The notes: generated from the sequence alone by a model not told the origin. DNA of 64,000 nucleotides from Bacteroidales bacterium UBA6680 (GCA_002454955.1 DKJY01000005.1:3784-67783); one strand, 5' to 3'. Shown: positions 40,678 to 51,492, counted from the first letter of the stretch. Numbers and translations are program-made.

Positions 40678-43056
40678 TTACAGAAGATTTCCTATTACAA
40701 TACCAAATGATATTGTTCTCGGACGAGTTGGTCCGTATGTGTAAGCAGAATCTCTGTTCTCTCCTTTATCAAAATCGCTCTGGTATGAGTTAAATATGTT
40801 TGTAATCCCTGCATTAAGTTGCATTTTAAGCGACGTTGATACCTTTATATCATAAAAGAATCTTAAACCAGCATCAAAGAAACTTGGTGTTTTAACCAAT
40901 CTCTCACCAGATTCTCCCAAATATGGAGTATACATTGGCCCTGTAAAGTTACCTGTTACAGCAGATCTGAATTTTGGAGTGATATTAAAGTTCGTTACAA
41001 AGTAACCATACACATTTGGCGATCTCAACATCTTATCTGTGAACTGATCTGTAGCATCACCCCATTTGTATGCTTCTTCATGTTTACTATTCTGAAATGT
41101 CCATCCTGATTGAAACGACAGTTTGTTTGATGGTGCCGCTTTAAGCTCAACATTTAATCCTGAAACCATTGCATCCGGGCCATTCTTCCTTGTTGTGGTC
41201 ATAACTCCGTCTACTACATCAGAGTTCTCATTAATAAACGGATTTACAAGGTATGTATAAAAGCCTTCAAGAAGAAGAGATGTTTGCCAGTCTCCGAATG
41301 TGTGATTAACATCAAATGAACCAGAGAAACTGTGTGATGTCTCTTCTATTAGATTAGGATCGTTTTTGCGAACTATCTTTCTTGCAGCATTTGCAGCAAT
41401 ATGCAGATCCTCGTCAAATATCTGTGGAGCTCTATAACCTTTTGCATATGTAAAACGCATCTGTGCCCAGTGTGTAACATCAAAAAGAACATTTGCTCTA
41501 GGTACAGCTACAGTATTGCTTTCTGTTTCACCACTCTGATTATCTTTTATATTATAGTTATCAACCCTTAAACCAATAAGAAGTTTTACATGTTTCATAT
41601 TCCATTGGTTCTGAATGAACGATCCAAAAGTATTTGATGTCTGATCAGCTATTCTGTTCACCTCATAAACAGGAATAATTTTACCTCCTCTTTCTGCTTC
41701 ATATATATGTTTATTGTCTGCCAAATCGCCATACGTATTATCAATACCTAACATAAATGTTGATGGAGCAAACAGAAAATTATCAAATTTAGTTGAGAAG
41801 TGTGCTCCTCCGTTGAATGTAAGATTCTCAGTATCACCATATGCATTAGGATCTTGTCCGCCTCCGTAGTAGCTGTTTCTGTCAATATGCTCTGCAGCAA
41901 TATATGTAGATAGTTTAGTCTCTCTTTTTGAGTTAAAAAAAGCATCAAACTGTATACTACCAGAGTTTATCTTATGATCAAGCATCTCTGCAATATTTGC
42001 AAAATGTTCTTTCTTATCAAAAGCGTTACCACCTCTGCGGTACTCATTAATATTGTGATACTCCAAAGCTATCTTGGTAAGCTGAGTTGGTTTATAGAAT
42101 GTCTGGAATCCAACAGATGAGTTCTTAAGATCAGGTATCTCTGAATAGCCGTCGTTATTATCATCGTAATGTTTTCTGTCGCGCTTAGCACCAAATACAA
42201 ACAGACCCGATTTCTGATCGTCGGCAACAATAGTACCGTTAAACATAACATTTGCCTCACCAGAAACATCATTACCATCGGCACCAACACCAATCATATC
42301 GTATGTTGTATTCACCTTAAATGAGTTGTTGATAGGATCTTTAGTGATAATATTTATAGTTCCGGCAATAGCGTTACCCCCATAAAGTGCCGATCCGCCA
42401 CCACGAACAACCTCAACCCTCTCAATCATATTTGCAGGTAATTGTTCAAGACCGTAAACACCTGCAAGACCACTTGAAATAGGTTTACTATTAATAAGCA
42501 TCTGTGTGTAAGGACCGCTAAGTCCGTTCATTCTAACCTGAGTAAATCCACAGTTCTGGCAGTTACTCTCAACACGTATTCCTGTAGAGAACTTAATACC
42601 TTCTGACAAAGCAGGAGCAGCAGTAACCTCAAACATCTTTGGTGATATTGCAGAAACAACCACAGTTGCATCTTTACGACTAACCTCGTTTCTATCGGCA
42701 GTTACTACAACCTCGTTAATACCAATAACATCCTCTTTAAGTTCAAAGTTAAGTTCCAGAGTCTGATTCTCAACAACCTCAATTGTTTTACGTGTTGGCA
42801 CGTAACCTACTGCAGAGACAACTACTGTATATTTTCCCGGCTCAAGTCCTTTCATAAAGTAGTGACCGGTATCATCGGTTGTTGTACCTAAGGCTGTTCC
42901 TTCAATGGCAATTGTTACATACGGAAGATGCTCTCCATTTGACGTTACGTGACCTACAATGTTAATGTCCTTTCCGATAGGATACGCCGGAATATCTGCT
43001 TTTGCTGAAAATATTACAACAGTGCAAAGCAGAATAAAAGATAATACTCTTCTCAT
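40678..43056 (-). CDS. TonB-dependent receptor with a CQNC plug motif (copy 2)
   Basis: Full-length close paralog of 37414..39798. Confidence 0.95.
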   Translation of the reverse strand: MRRVLSFILLCTVVIFSAKADIPAYPIGKDINIVGHVTSNGEHLPYVTIAIEGTALGTTTDDTGHYFMKGLEPGKYTVVVSAVGYVPTRKTIEVVENQTLELNFELKEDVIGINEVVVTADRNEVSRKDATVVVSAISPKMFEVTAAPALSEGIKFSTGIRVESNCQNCGFTQVRMNGLSGPYTQMLINSKPISSGLAGVYGLEQLPANMIERVEVVRGGGSALYGGNAIAGTINIITKDPINNSFKVNTTYDMIGVGADGNDVSGEANVMFNGTIVADDQKSGLFVFGAKRDRKHYDDNNDGYSEIPDLKNSSVGFQTFYKPTQLTKIALEYHNINEYRRGGNAFDKKEHFANIAEMLDHKINSGSIQFDAFFNSKRETKLSTYIAAEHIDRNSYYGGGQDPNAYGDTENLTFNGGAHFSTKFDNFLFAPSTFMLGIDNTYGDLADNKHIYEAERGGKIIPVYEVNRIADQTSNTFGSFIQNQWNMKHVKLLIGLRVDNYNIKDNQSGETESNTVAVPRANVLFDVTHWAQMRFTYAKGYRAPQIFDEDLHIAANAARKIVRKNDPNLIEETSHSFSGSFDVNHTFGDWQTSLLLEGFYTYLVNPFINENSDVVDGVMTTTRKNGPDAMVSGLNVELKAAPSNKLSFQSGWTFQNSKHEEAYKWGDATDQFTDKMLRSPNVYGYFVTNFNITPKFRSAVTGNFTGPMYTPYLGESGERLVKTPSFFDAGLRFFYDIKVSTSLKMQLNAGITNIFNSYQSDFDKGENRDSAYTYGPTRPRTISFGIVIGNLL

Positions 43057-43269
43057 TCTATTATATATGTTTTATTTACTTATCTGTTTGTTGATTTATA
43101 TATGTATACATACATTTAACATATGCATATACAGTAAACACACAGATAATAATGAATTTAATTACTAATTGTTCATTAATGATTTTGCCATTGTGGCAAC
43201 TCGGAAATAATACAGCTATGGCTAGAGGGATATTAACCCATTTAGTTTAAGATGTATATAAAAGTATGG

Positions 43270-43653
43270 TTATAGTGCGGGAGGGCCGCGATAAGAGAGG
43301 GCTGCTAACTGATATTGCCTTCTGAAAATCTGAATGATATCACTTCTACCGTACTCTTTACTCTTGTATAACAGAATATTAAATAGGAAAAGTGAGATAG
43401 TTGTTATAAGAAGAAAGTTAGATATAACAGATATGATATCAAACTCCTTTTTGCTATGTGTATGATTTGCATGATTGCTTTCTGAGGCATCAGCCTGCCC
43501 CATAGTCTTAAAAGGGTGAGCGTGGACTATAATTGTACCATCTTCTAAGATATGGGTGTGAGTATTAACTGTTGCATTGAAAACCAGCAGTAGCGTGGCA
43601 ATCATTACAAGCGGAAGTAATACTCTATTTATTTTTCTTAGAAGATTCATCAT
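43270..43653 (-). CDS. His-rich small membrane protein ending in RGPP (putative arrest-peptide leader, copy 2)
   Basis: Paralog of 39994..40374; C-terminus SYRGPPAL. Confidence 0.8.
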   Translation of the reverse strand: MMNLLRKINRVLLPLVMIATLLLVFNATVNTHTHILEDGTIIVHAHPFKTMGQADASESNHANHTHSKKEFDIISVISNFLLITTISLFLFNILLYKSKEYGRSDIIQIFRRQYQLAALSYRGPPAL

Positions 43654-43787
43654 CCTTTAATTATCAACAACAAACTTATACAAAGTTCTCAAATAAAAAA
43701 CCCCACTAAGGTGGGATTTTTAATGATAGACGATAAAAAATGATAAATGTTTAAAAAACGTTGAGAAAAACTGTATTTATTTTTATT

Positions 43788-44495
43788 CTATCGTCTTACA
43801 ATATCACATGATTTTGATTTTGAAATACTCTTTTTCTTTGGATTACCTTTATAGTAGATATCAGAACCACCGCTTGCATTAAAACTTGCAGTCTCTGTTA
43901 CATAAATCTTTGCATCTGATCCACCTGATGTATTAACATTAGCATTTTTTGTTTTAAGATCATATGCATTTATATCGGCACCACCGCTTGCATGAAACGA
44001 TGCATCATAAGCCTCACCGGTTACATAAATATCGCTACCTCCGCTTATATCACATACAAACTCTTTAGCATCAATTTTTAATCTGAAGTCAGCACCGCCA
44101 CTACCAGACAGCTTTAATCTTTCAGTCTTTAATACAGACTCCCCATATACATCAGATCCGCCACTTGCAGAAATATAATCTATATTCGGCGTGGTTACAT
44201 AAACATTAATAGATCTGTATCTCATTGTAATGTTTCTGTTGATCTTTATAATTAATCTGTTGTCTCTAACCTCTGTAACTATATTGTCCATATGCTTCTT
44301 GTTTGCTTCAACAACAACTGAGGTTTCGTTGCCTTGAGTAAGGTATACATCAATACCACTACTTACACTTATTGAGCTGAATGCATCTACATCACGTGTC
44401 TCTTTTTTAAGATTCTCTTTGTTCTTATGTTTTTTTGCATAAGTTGCAGGTAACGAGAGAATAACTGCTGCTATTAATATTAAGAAATGTCTCAT
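43788..44495 (-). CDS. DUF2807 (head GIN domain) protein
   Basis: Signal peptide, F..I.V.SGIDVYLTQG, repeated SGG(S/A)D, I.Y.GNP. Confidence 0.9.
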   Translation of the reverse strand: MRHFLILIAAVILSLPATYAKKHKNKENLKKETRDVDAFSSISVSSGIDVYLTQGNETSVVVEANKKHMDNIVTEVRDNRLIIKINRNITMRYRSINVYVTTPNIDYISASGGSDVYGESVLKTERLKLSGSGGADFRLKIDAKEFVCDISGGSDIYVTGEAYDASFHASGGADINAYDLKTKNANVNTSGGSDAKIYVTETASFNASGGSDIYYKGNPKKKSISKSKSCDIVRR

Positions 44496-44747
44496 AATAA
44501 ATAGTTTTTTAGTTCTTAACCTGTTTAAAAGACGACACTAAATATTAATAGTTGCAAGTATTTCTATATTTATACATAAAAAAGCGACTCAAATGAATCG
44601 CATCTGTAATATTTATATAGTACTCTGTTAATTTATATCTATTTTCTTTATTTGCAGGATTGAATGGATGTGTAAATGAGTAGCGCAGGCTTTAAAATAT
44701 CACATTACACAACTGTTTATTAATAGTAACATTATTAAAAATTGTAC

Positions 44748-46286
44748 TTACAGAATATTACTTTTAGTACAGTATTTATCTACCTCGTTGCTTATTGTTG
44801 CTAAATCCTTATTATCATATGCCTTGATAAGTATGTTTTTAACATCCTTATCAAGAGTATCAATATCAGGTATTCTAAGCTTTTTTAGTGTTTGAGACTG
44901 AAAACGAGGTAATCCATCATTCATTCTTATACCAATCTTAGATAACTGATCTTTTACAAAATCCGACATCAAAATGCTTGCTAATATCTTGAGTCTGTCT
45001 AAATTGTGATTTGTTATATAATAGACATTGTGGTGAGGATAAAAGTTACCATTATCTATAAAGAGATATTTAGAACCCGCTAAGTCGGGTAGTAAAAGTT
45101 TTGGTTTGTGTAATAAATCGTTTTTAACCTTATCAATTGTTTTGTACCAATTATTTGGATTCTTTTTTGCAATATGTCTCTTTTTAAGAATCTCTTTATT
45201 CTCAGTAAAATACTCTTCTAAATATGGATACTCCGACAAATTGCACAAATTCCCGTTTACATATGGATTTAATAAACAACTATTATCCCAGATAATATTT
45301 TCGCCTTTTAAAGAATTAGATTTAATTACAGGAATAACTCTGCTTCTTTCAATTCCGTTTAATTCAGATTCCTTTTTAATGAAAACCTTATCAGCACCTG
45401 TAGCAACACCAATACCTATTTCAAAATTTTGATCAATTATTGGCTTTAGGGAGCTATGATTAATATCATAATCCAGAAACAAATTCTGCCATGATGAGCA
45501 GGTAGGAGATAATACTTTAGTAAAAGAGAGTGCATTTAAAGAAACTTTCTTTGCATTAGTCTCAAAATATAGAGTCTTATCTCCTTTAGATTTGGCTATT
45601 GTGGTAATACATGGATACCCAATTACCTCTTCATCAAAAGGTGAGGTTTTCTCTATATTAATAAGTTTTATCAGATGAAATTTTGTAGCAATCTTTTCTC
45701 TCAATAACTGACCATACTGATTATATAACCATCTGTTTGAACAGATAAATGAAAGCTTACCTTTATCACGTAATAAGTCTAATGATTCTTCATAAAATGG
45801 AATATAAAGGTCTGCTCTGTATTTAAATGTTGAATAATTCTTCTTAAGAAATGATTTATATTTTGAATCCAGGTTCTCATGTCTTATGTAAGGAGGATTC
45901 CCTACAATGCAATCGAACTTTGAAAAATTATTTTCAACTAAAAAGTCAAGATTATATACACAATTTTGGTTTTGATTTAAGAATCCCAGATTTTCCAGAG
46001 CATTATTAATATTATTCCTTAGCAAGGCACAGCTTTCCTTGTCCTTTTCAACAAATACAATGTTCTTATTTAAGCTATCTGTAAAATTAAAACCATACTT
46101 TTCTGATGATTTATAAAGTCTGTTTATTATTGCTAATGCAAATGCACCTGAACCTGAAGCAGGTTCAAGCAACGTAATATTTTCAAGGTTTTTATCAGAA
46201 GAGAAGCCAACGTCATCCAGAATGTATTCAACAACATCCTGTTTGGTATAAACCTCCCCGTGTTTTCTTCCATTTTTCCTGAACAT
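44748..46286 (-). CDS. Type II R-M N6-adenine DNA methyltransferase (M.PaeR7I/XhoI-like, TaqI_C domain)
   Basis: GEVYT, LEPASGSGAF, VGNPPY, ADLY..F.E, KLLLPD; adjacent to the endonuclease. Confidence 0.9.
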   Translation of the reverse strand: MFRKNGRKHGEVYTKQDVVEYILDDVGFSSDKNLENITLLEPASGSGAFALAIINRLYKSSEKYGFNFTDSLNKNIVFVEKDKESCALLRNNINNALENLGFLNQNQNCVYNLDFLVENNFSKFDCIVGNPPYIRHENLDSKYKSFLKKNYSTFKYRADLYIPFYEESLDLLRDKGKLSFICSNRWLYNQYGQLLREKIATKFHLIKLINIEKTSPFDEEVIGYPCITTIAKSKGDKTLYFETNAKKVSLNALSFTKVLSPTCSSWQNLFLDYDINHSSLKPIIDQNFEIGIGVATGADKVFIKKESELNGIERSRVIPVIKSNSLKGENIIWDNSCLLNPYVNGNLCNLSEYPYLEEYFTENKEILKKRHIAKKNPNNWYKTIDKVKNDLLHKPKLLLPDLAGSKYLFIDNGNFYPHHNVYYITNHNLDRLKILASILMSDFVKDQLSKIGIRMNDGLPRFQSQTLKKLRIPDIDTLDKDVKNILIKAYDNKDLATISNEVDKYCTKSNIL

Positions 46287-46288
46287 GA

Positions 46289-47011
46289 CTACCTGAATTC
46301 TTTGAGTTGTCCAATTAAATGACCAATGAAAGAGTGTAGAAATGATTCTATAGATGTTTCATCTGAGACCTCTCCGTAAACAGAATCATCTGTTGACCAA
46401 ATTAAACAACACTGATTATAATGTCTTTCAAGCATAAGTCTTTCGCAAAGAATTTTATACCTGTCTATGTATGAACCTCCAACAAATTCATTAAATACTT
46501 TAAAGTGTGGTTCACTTACACGAACTGGTTTAGTTGATTTTTCCGATTTCTCAACTAGCATTAAATATCCAAGCCACGGAGCTGTTTGGTTTGGATAAGC
46601 TTTTTCACGAAAAGCAGTCCACAAGTCTACAGCACTACCTAAAGATTCTTCTGTCCGATTATTAAAATTATTTCCGAATGAACCAACCTGAGACTTTAAT
46701 TCAATTACTGAAATTAACTTCTTATTAGGTGAAATAATCAATAGATCCCAATCTTTTGTTGGTCTGAAAAATCCGGGAATATGGTTGCCCTTTGAATGAA
46801 TACACTCCTTTGGAATGCCAACATCAATAGCTACAGTTGTTAAAAGTTCCAGAAAACCATCAAGTTGTTTACCTCCGGTTACAGCACTTCTGTTTCCTGT
46901 ATCTTTTACATCCTTTGATCCCTGATTAGTTTTTTGTTGGTTTCGTGTATTCCAAAATAACTCAACAGCACTGTCTATAAATCTCTTATATTTTGATGTA
47001 TCTATATTCAT
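46289..47011 (-). CDS. PaeR7I/XhoI family type II restriction endonuclease
   Basis: R.AVTGGKQLDGF, PG.FRPTK.WD, ELKSQVGSFGNNFNNRTEE..G.A.D. Confidence 0.9.
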   Translation of the reverse strand: MNIDTSKYKRFIDSAVELFWNTRNQQKTNQGSKDVKDTGNRSAVTGGKQLDGFLELLTTVAIDVGIPKECIHSKGNHIPGFFRPTKDWDLLIISPNKKLISVIELKSQVGSFGNNFNNRTEESLGSAVDLWTAFREKAYPNQTAPWLGYLMLVEKSEKSTKPVRVSEPHFKVFNEFVGGSYIDRYKILCERLMLERHYNQCCLIWSTDDSVYGEVSDETSIESFLHSFIGHLIGQLKEFR

Positions 47012-47127
47012 TCTAAAATTTTTGCAGTATAAAGATACTGCTATTTCTCAGTTTTTATATTTATGCTTTATACTGTTGCAGTATTATTTTAACCCCGCAG
47101 TATAATCATATATGTTGTGAGAAAGCT

Positions 47128-48399
47128 TTACTCAGACTTTGTTTCATCCGTTTTAAAACCTAAATCCTTTATTGTAGATATCACCTTACCCATGTTGTAA
47201 TCATCGCCATCTATTGTTGCAGTTTCAGAATTCAGATCAACCTTTACATCTTTAATACCTTTTATCTTTTTAAGGTTTGTCTCAACACTCATTCTGCAAT
47301 GGTTACAGTTCATTCCTTTAACACTAATGGTTTTTCCCGAACCATCATCAGTAACAATCTTCCTTTTAAATCTTATAATCTTATACTTCATAAGATACCC
47401 GTTTACTATTAACAGCGTAAGAGCTATTCCGCTTGCAACCTTAAACCAATAGGGTAAAACCTCATGATTGTGCACATGTGCTCCCGATTTTCCTATAAGA
47501 GTAAACCACTCTGCTGGCAAAAACTCGTTAATAATTGTCCCGAACAGTATGGCTCCTGATATTATAGAAACAAGATAAGCTATAAGTGATCGTTTACCAA
47601 GTGCCTTTCCTATAACTGTTATTGTTGCAGCGTTTGTTGCAGGACCTGCCATAAGAAACACAAGTGCTGCACCAGGCGATAACCCTTTTAACAGAAGAAC
47701 CGCAGCTATTGGAACCGAACCTGTAGCACACACATATAAAGGTATAGATGCCGCCAAAACAATTAGCATACTCAGATATTCATTACCAATATACTGTGTA
47801 AAGAAATCGTCGGGAATAATTACAGCCATAAGTGCAGCAAGAGCAAGACCAATAATCATCCACTTCATTATGTCTTGCAGAAAATCTACAAAGGCATATC
47901 TGAACATTGCTTTTATCTTCTGTGTTACACCCCCTTTAACAGTATCCTCGCTTTTAACTGTTATTGTTCCATCACTCTCTTTAGCTCGCTTAATCATTGA
48001 GTTAGTTAACGCCCCTCCGAATATTCCGGTTATAAATGCAATTATAGGACGTATCAGAGCAAATGGTAACCCAAGTAGTGAGTATGTTACAAGTATTGAG
48101 TCAACCCCGGTTTGTGGCGTTGATATGAGAAACGAAACAGCAGCGCCTTTTGATGCTCCATTCTGATGAAACGATATTCCTGTTGGTATTACACCGCACG
48201 AACATAATGGTAACGGAACACCAATAAGCGCAGAGTATATTACAGATTTAATACTGTTTCCGCCCATATATCGTTGTACTTTGTGTTTTGGAAAAAAAGC
48301 ATACAGTAATCCGGCAATTATAAACCCGAAAATAAGATATGGTGCCATTTCTACTGTTAAGTAGACAAGTTCTGAGAAAAATTCCTTTATATATATCAT
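47128..48399 (-). CDS. ArsP/SO_0444-family metal permease with a C-terminal HMA domain
   Basis: PLPLCSCG, STPQTGVDS, YVCATGSVP, GPATN, GMNCNHC. Confidence 0.9.
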   Translation of the reverse strand: MIYIKEFFSELVYLTVEMAPYLIFGFIIAGLLYAFFPKHKVQRYMGGNSIKSVIYSALIGVPLPLCSCGVIPTGISFHQNGASKGAAVSFLISTPQTGVDSILVTYSLLGLPFALIRPIIAFITGIFGGALTNSMIKRAKESDGTITVKSEDTVKGGVTQKIKAMFRYAFVDFLQDIMKWMIIGLALAALMAVIIPDDFFTQYIGNEYLSMLIVLAASIPLYVCATGSVPIAAVLLLKGLSPGAALVFLMAGPATNAATITVIGKALGKRSLIAYLVSIISGAILFGTIINEFLPAEWFTLIGKSGAHVHNHEVLPYWFKVASGIALTLLIVNGYLMKYKIIRFKRKIVTDDGSGKTISVKGMNCNHCRMSVETNLKKIKGIKDVKVDLNSETATIDGDDYNMGKVISTIKDLGFKTDETKSE

Positions 48400-48511
48400 C
48401 TTTTTTTGTGGTAAATTTCAGTTATTTAGATCATATGATCAATACCATAATGATGTTATTTGCACATATGCTAACAATGCTAATTTATAAAAGTTCTAAA
48501 TACCTGTGTAG

Positions 48512-48635
48512 TTATTGATTAACAGTTTATTATAATTGATAAATATGTGATTAATAATTAATTGCGCCGAAATATAGCAAATATTTTTATATCGACATAT
48601 ATATATTTGTTACATTTGTTTATTGATTAACAGTT
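48512..48635 (+). promoter_or_regulatory. 16-bp direct repeat (possible operator) and -7 promoter element upstream of the psr operon
   Basis: TTATTGATTAACAGTT at 48512 and 48620; TACATTTG (TAnnTTTG) at 48611. Confidence 0.5.
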
Positions 48636-48703
48636 GAATTATAGCTAATTTAATCAACAGGTAATCATAAGTTTATTACTTATATAACAATAATAGGCTG
48701 CTT

Positions 48704-50950
48704 ATGAAGAAAACAACACGTAGAAGCTTTCTTAAAACAACAGCACTAGGAGTTGGGGCTTTAGCCCTTGCAAAACCCGGAATTTCTTTAGCAAAGAGAG
48801 CTTTAAACAGTGTCTCTGATTCAGGTTCTGATATTAACCTGAAACGATTCCCAACATATTGTGAGGTCTGTTTCTGGAAGTGTGCCGGGTGGACACATCT
48901 GGATGGTAATGGAGAGGTGCAAAAGGTTATAGGAAACGATGATGATCCTAACTGTAACGGACGCTTGTGTCCGCGCGGTACGGGAGGGGTAGGTCAGTAT
49001 TCAGATAACGACAGGCTTAAACGCCCGATGATACGAACAGGAGAGCGCGGAAGCGGAGAGTTTAAAGAGGTTTCGTGGAGTGAGGCAATTGATTATGTAG
49101 CACAAAAAATGAGTGCCATTAAAGAGAAACACGGAGCCGAAAGCCTTGCTCTGTTTCAGCATGGTTCAGGTGGCGATCACTTTAAACATCTATATAAAGC
49201 ATTCGGATCAAAGAATATTACAAAACCATCGTTTGCACAGTGTTTAGGGCCACGTGAGGTTGGTTTTATAAACACATTTGGTGCAGGACTAAGTTCGCCT
49301 GAGCCTACAGATCTTAGAAATACAGATTGTCTGGTTCTTATAGGAAACCATTTGGGCGAGAATATGCACAATGGTCATGTACAGGAGATGAGTGATGCCA
49401 TTGACAGAGGAGCATCAATAATTACTGTCGACCCCAGATTCTCTACGGCAGCATCAAAATCTAAATTCTGGTTACCAATAAAACCAGCTACAGATATTGC
49501 TTTGCTGCTTGCGTGGATTAATGTTATTATAACCGAAGAACTTTACGATAAGGATTATGTTGCCAGATATACATATGGATTTGAGCAGTTAAAAGCTCAT
49601 GTACAGGATAAAACACCTGAATGGGCATATGGTATCACAACACTTAATCCTAACGATATACGAAAAACTGCACGTGAGATGGCCAAAGCTGCTCCGGCAG
49701 TAATTATACATCCCGGACGTCATGTTACATGGTATGGCGACGATACTCAGCGGTTACGAGCAATGGCTATTCTTAATGCTCTGCTTGGTTCGTGGGGACG
49801 TCGTGGTGGATTCTATTTCCCGGAGAAATTAAAGGTACCGGATTATCCATCGGCAAAATACCCGAAACCAAAATGGACCTGGAAAGATATAGACCCGGAG
49901 AAGTATAAACTGGCTCCGCTGAGTGTATCAAATCAGATTATAGATGCATCACTTCCGGAGGCAGATGAAGAGCATAAAATACGAGGTTGGTTTGTTGTAG
50001 GAACAAATCTTATTAAAACAATACCGAACAGAGAGAATACAATAAAGGCAATTAACGAGCTTGAATTTATTGGTGTGGTTGATACTATGCCTGCTGAGAT
50101 TGTAAAGTATGCCGATGTTGTATTTCCTGAATGCTCATATCTTGAGCGTTACGATATGTTAAGGGTTAGTCAGCACCGCGAACCAAATATTGCACTGCGT
50201 ATGCCAGCAAAAAAGCCAAAATGGGATAGCAAACCCGCATGGTGGATGGCACGTGAGATAGGCCTTAAACTTGGTCTTAATGATTACTACAGGTGGAGTA
50301 ACATTGAGGAGATGCTTGATTGGCAATTGAGTCAGGCAGGAACATCACTGGCCGAGATGAAAACGGTTGGAGTTAAGAACTATCCGAGACCTTATAACGA
50401 TATGTATCTGCGTTATGGCGAGGATATGGAGTTTAATACCAATACCGGAAAGATAGAGCTATACTCTACAGAGATGGCAGCTATGGGATATGACCCGTTG
50501 CCAAACTATACAAAACATGACGACCCCGATTACGGATATTACCGATTAATATACGGACGTGCACCAATGCACACATTCGGGCGTACGGCAAATAATCCTA
50601 ACCTTACCGACCTGATGGATGAGAACAATGTTTGGGTTAATCCTAAGGTAGCTACAGAGTTTGGTCTTAGTAATAACCAGAAGGTGTGGTTAAAAAATCA
50701 GGATGGTGTGGTATCGTCATTCCCAATAAAGGTGAGAATAACCGAGCGCATTGGCTTACACTCAGTATATATGGTTCATGGTTTTGGACACAATAACCCG
50801 AAACTTACCAGAGCACACGGACGCGGGGCAAGCGACTCTGAATTGATAACAAGAGTAAAGGTTGATCCGATAATGGGAGGTACCGGAATGCGCGAAAACT
50901 TTGTAACATTCCTTACAGAGAAACCTATAAAGATGGAGGTTAAATCATGA
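48704..50950 (+). CDS. psrA: Polysulfide/thiosulfate reductase molybdopterin subunit (PsrA/PhsA-like)
   Basis: Tat signal TRRSFLK, CEVCFWKC...C FeS motif, LCPRG, IKPATD, probable Cys Mo ligand in FAQC. Confidence 0.8.
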   Translation: MKKTTRRSFLKTTALGVGALALAKPGISLAKRALNSVSDSGSDINLKRFPTYCEVCFWKCAGWTHLDGNGEVQKVIGNDDDPNCNGRLCPRGTGGVGQYSDNDRLKRPMIRTGERGSGEFKEVSWSEAIDYVAQKMSAIKEKHGAESLALFQHGSGGDHFKHLYKAFGSKNITKPSFAQCLGPREVGFINTFGAGLSSPEPTDLRNTDCLVLIGNHLGENMHNGHVQEMSDAIDRGASIITVDPRFSTAASKSKFWLPIKPATDIALLLAWINVIITEELYDKDYVARYTYGFEQLKAHVQDKTPEWAYGITTLNPNDIRKTAREMAKAAPAVIIHPGRHVTWYGDDTQRLRAMAILNALLGSWGRRGGFYFPEKLKVPDYPSAKYPKPKWTWKDIDPEKYKLAPLSVSNQIIDASLPEADEEHKIRGWFVVGTNLIKTIPNRENTIKAINELEFIGVVDTMPAEIVKYADVVFPECSYLERYDMLRVSQHREPNIALRMPAKKPKWDSKPAWWMAREIGLKLGLNDYYRWSNIEEMLDWQLSQAGTSLAEMKTVGVKNYPRPYNDMYLRYGEDMEFNTNTGKIELYSTEMAAMGYDPLPNYTKHDDPDYGYYRLIYGRAPMHTFGRTANNPNLTDLMDENNVWVNPKVATEFGLSNNQKVWLKNQDGVVSSFPIKVRITERIGLHSVYMVHGFGHNNPKLTRAHGRGASDSELITRVKVDPIMGGTGMRENFVTFLTEKPIKMEVKS

Positions 50951-51480
50951 GATATGCAATGGCAATTGACACATTAAAATGTGTTGGATGTAGCGACTGT
51001 GTTGTTGGATGCCAAACAGAGAATAATGTACCTGTTGGTTTTTGTCGCGATTGGGTTGTTGAGCGTGTTGATGGTACATATCCATCGCTTGAGATGGAGT
51101 ACAGATCTGAGCGTTGTAACCATTGCGATAATACACCGTGTGTACGTACCTGCCCTACCGGAGCATCGCATGTTAGAGAGGGTGGATTTGTAAAGGTAAC
51201 CAGAGCTGAATGTATTGGATGTGGTGCATGTATACAGGCATGTCCGTACGATGCACGCTATTTTCACCCTAAAGGATATGTAGATAAATGTACATTCTGC
51301 GATCACAAAGTGGTTAAAGGAGAGCAACCTGAATGTGTATCGGTATGCCCTACAAAGTGTATGTACTTTGGCGATATTGACGACTCCGGCAGTGAGTTAT
51401 CTAAGATATTGAAACAACGTAAATATAAAGTACTGGCTCCAGAAGCGGGTACCAAACCACAGATATTTTATCTGATATAA
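50947..51480 (+). CDS. psrB: 4Fe-4S dicluster subunit (PsrB/NrfC-like)
   Basis: CVGCSDCVVGC, CNHCDNTPCVRTCP, CIGCGACIQACP, KCTFC...CVSVCP. Confidence 0.85.
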   Translation: MRYAMAIDTLKCVGCSDCVVGCQTENNVPVGFCRDWVVERVDGTYPSLEMEYRSERCNHCDNTPCVRTCPTGASHVREGGFVKVTRAECIGCGACIQACPYDARYFHPKGYVDKCTFCDHKVVKGEQPECVSVCPTKCMYFGDIDDSGSELSKILKQRKYKVLAPEAGTKPQIFYLI

Positions 51481-51492
51481 GGAGATAGAAGA

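Noticed and set aside
37414-43056. Diversity-generating retroelement or phase-variable shuffling between the two receptor paralogs
   Set aside because: Differences are spread along the genes and are not adenine-specific; there is no RT or invertase nearby. An ordinary tandem duplication explains it.
44640-47120. R-M pair as another attC-bounded cassette
   Set aside because: No complementary GTT/AAC core pair could be found at its borders.
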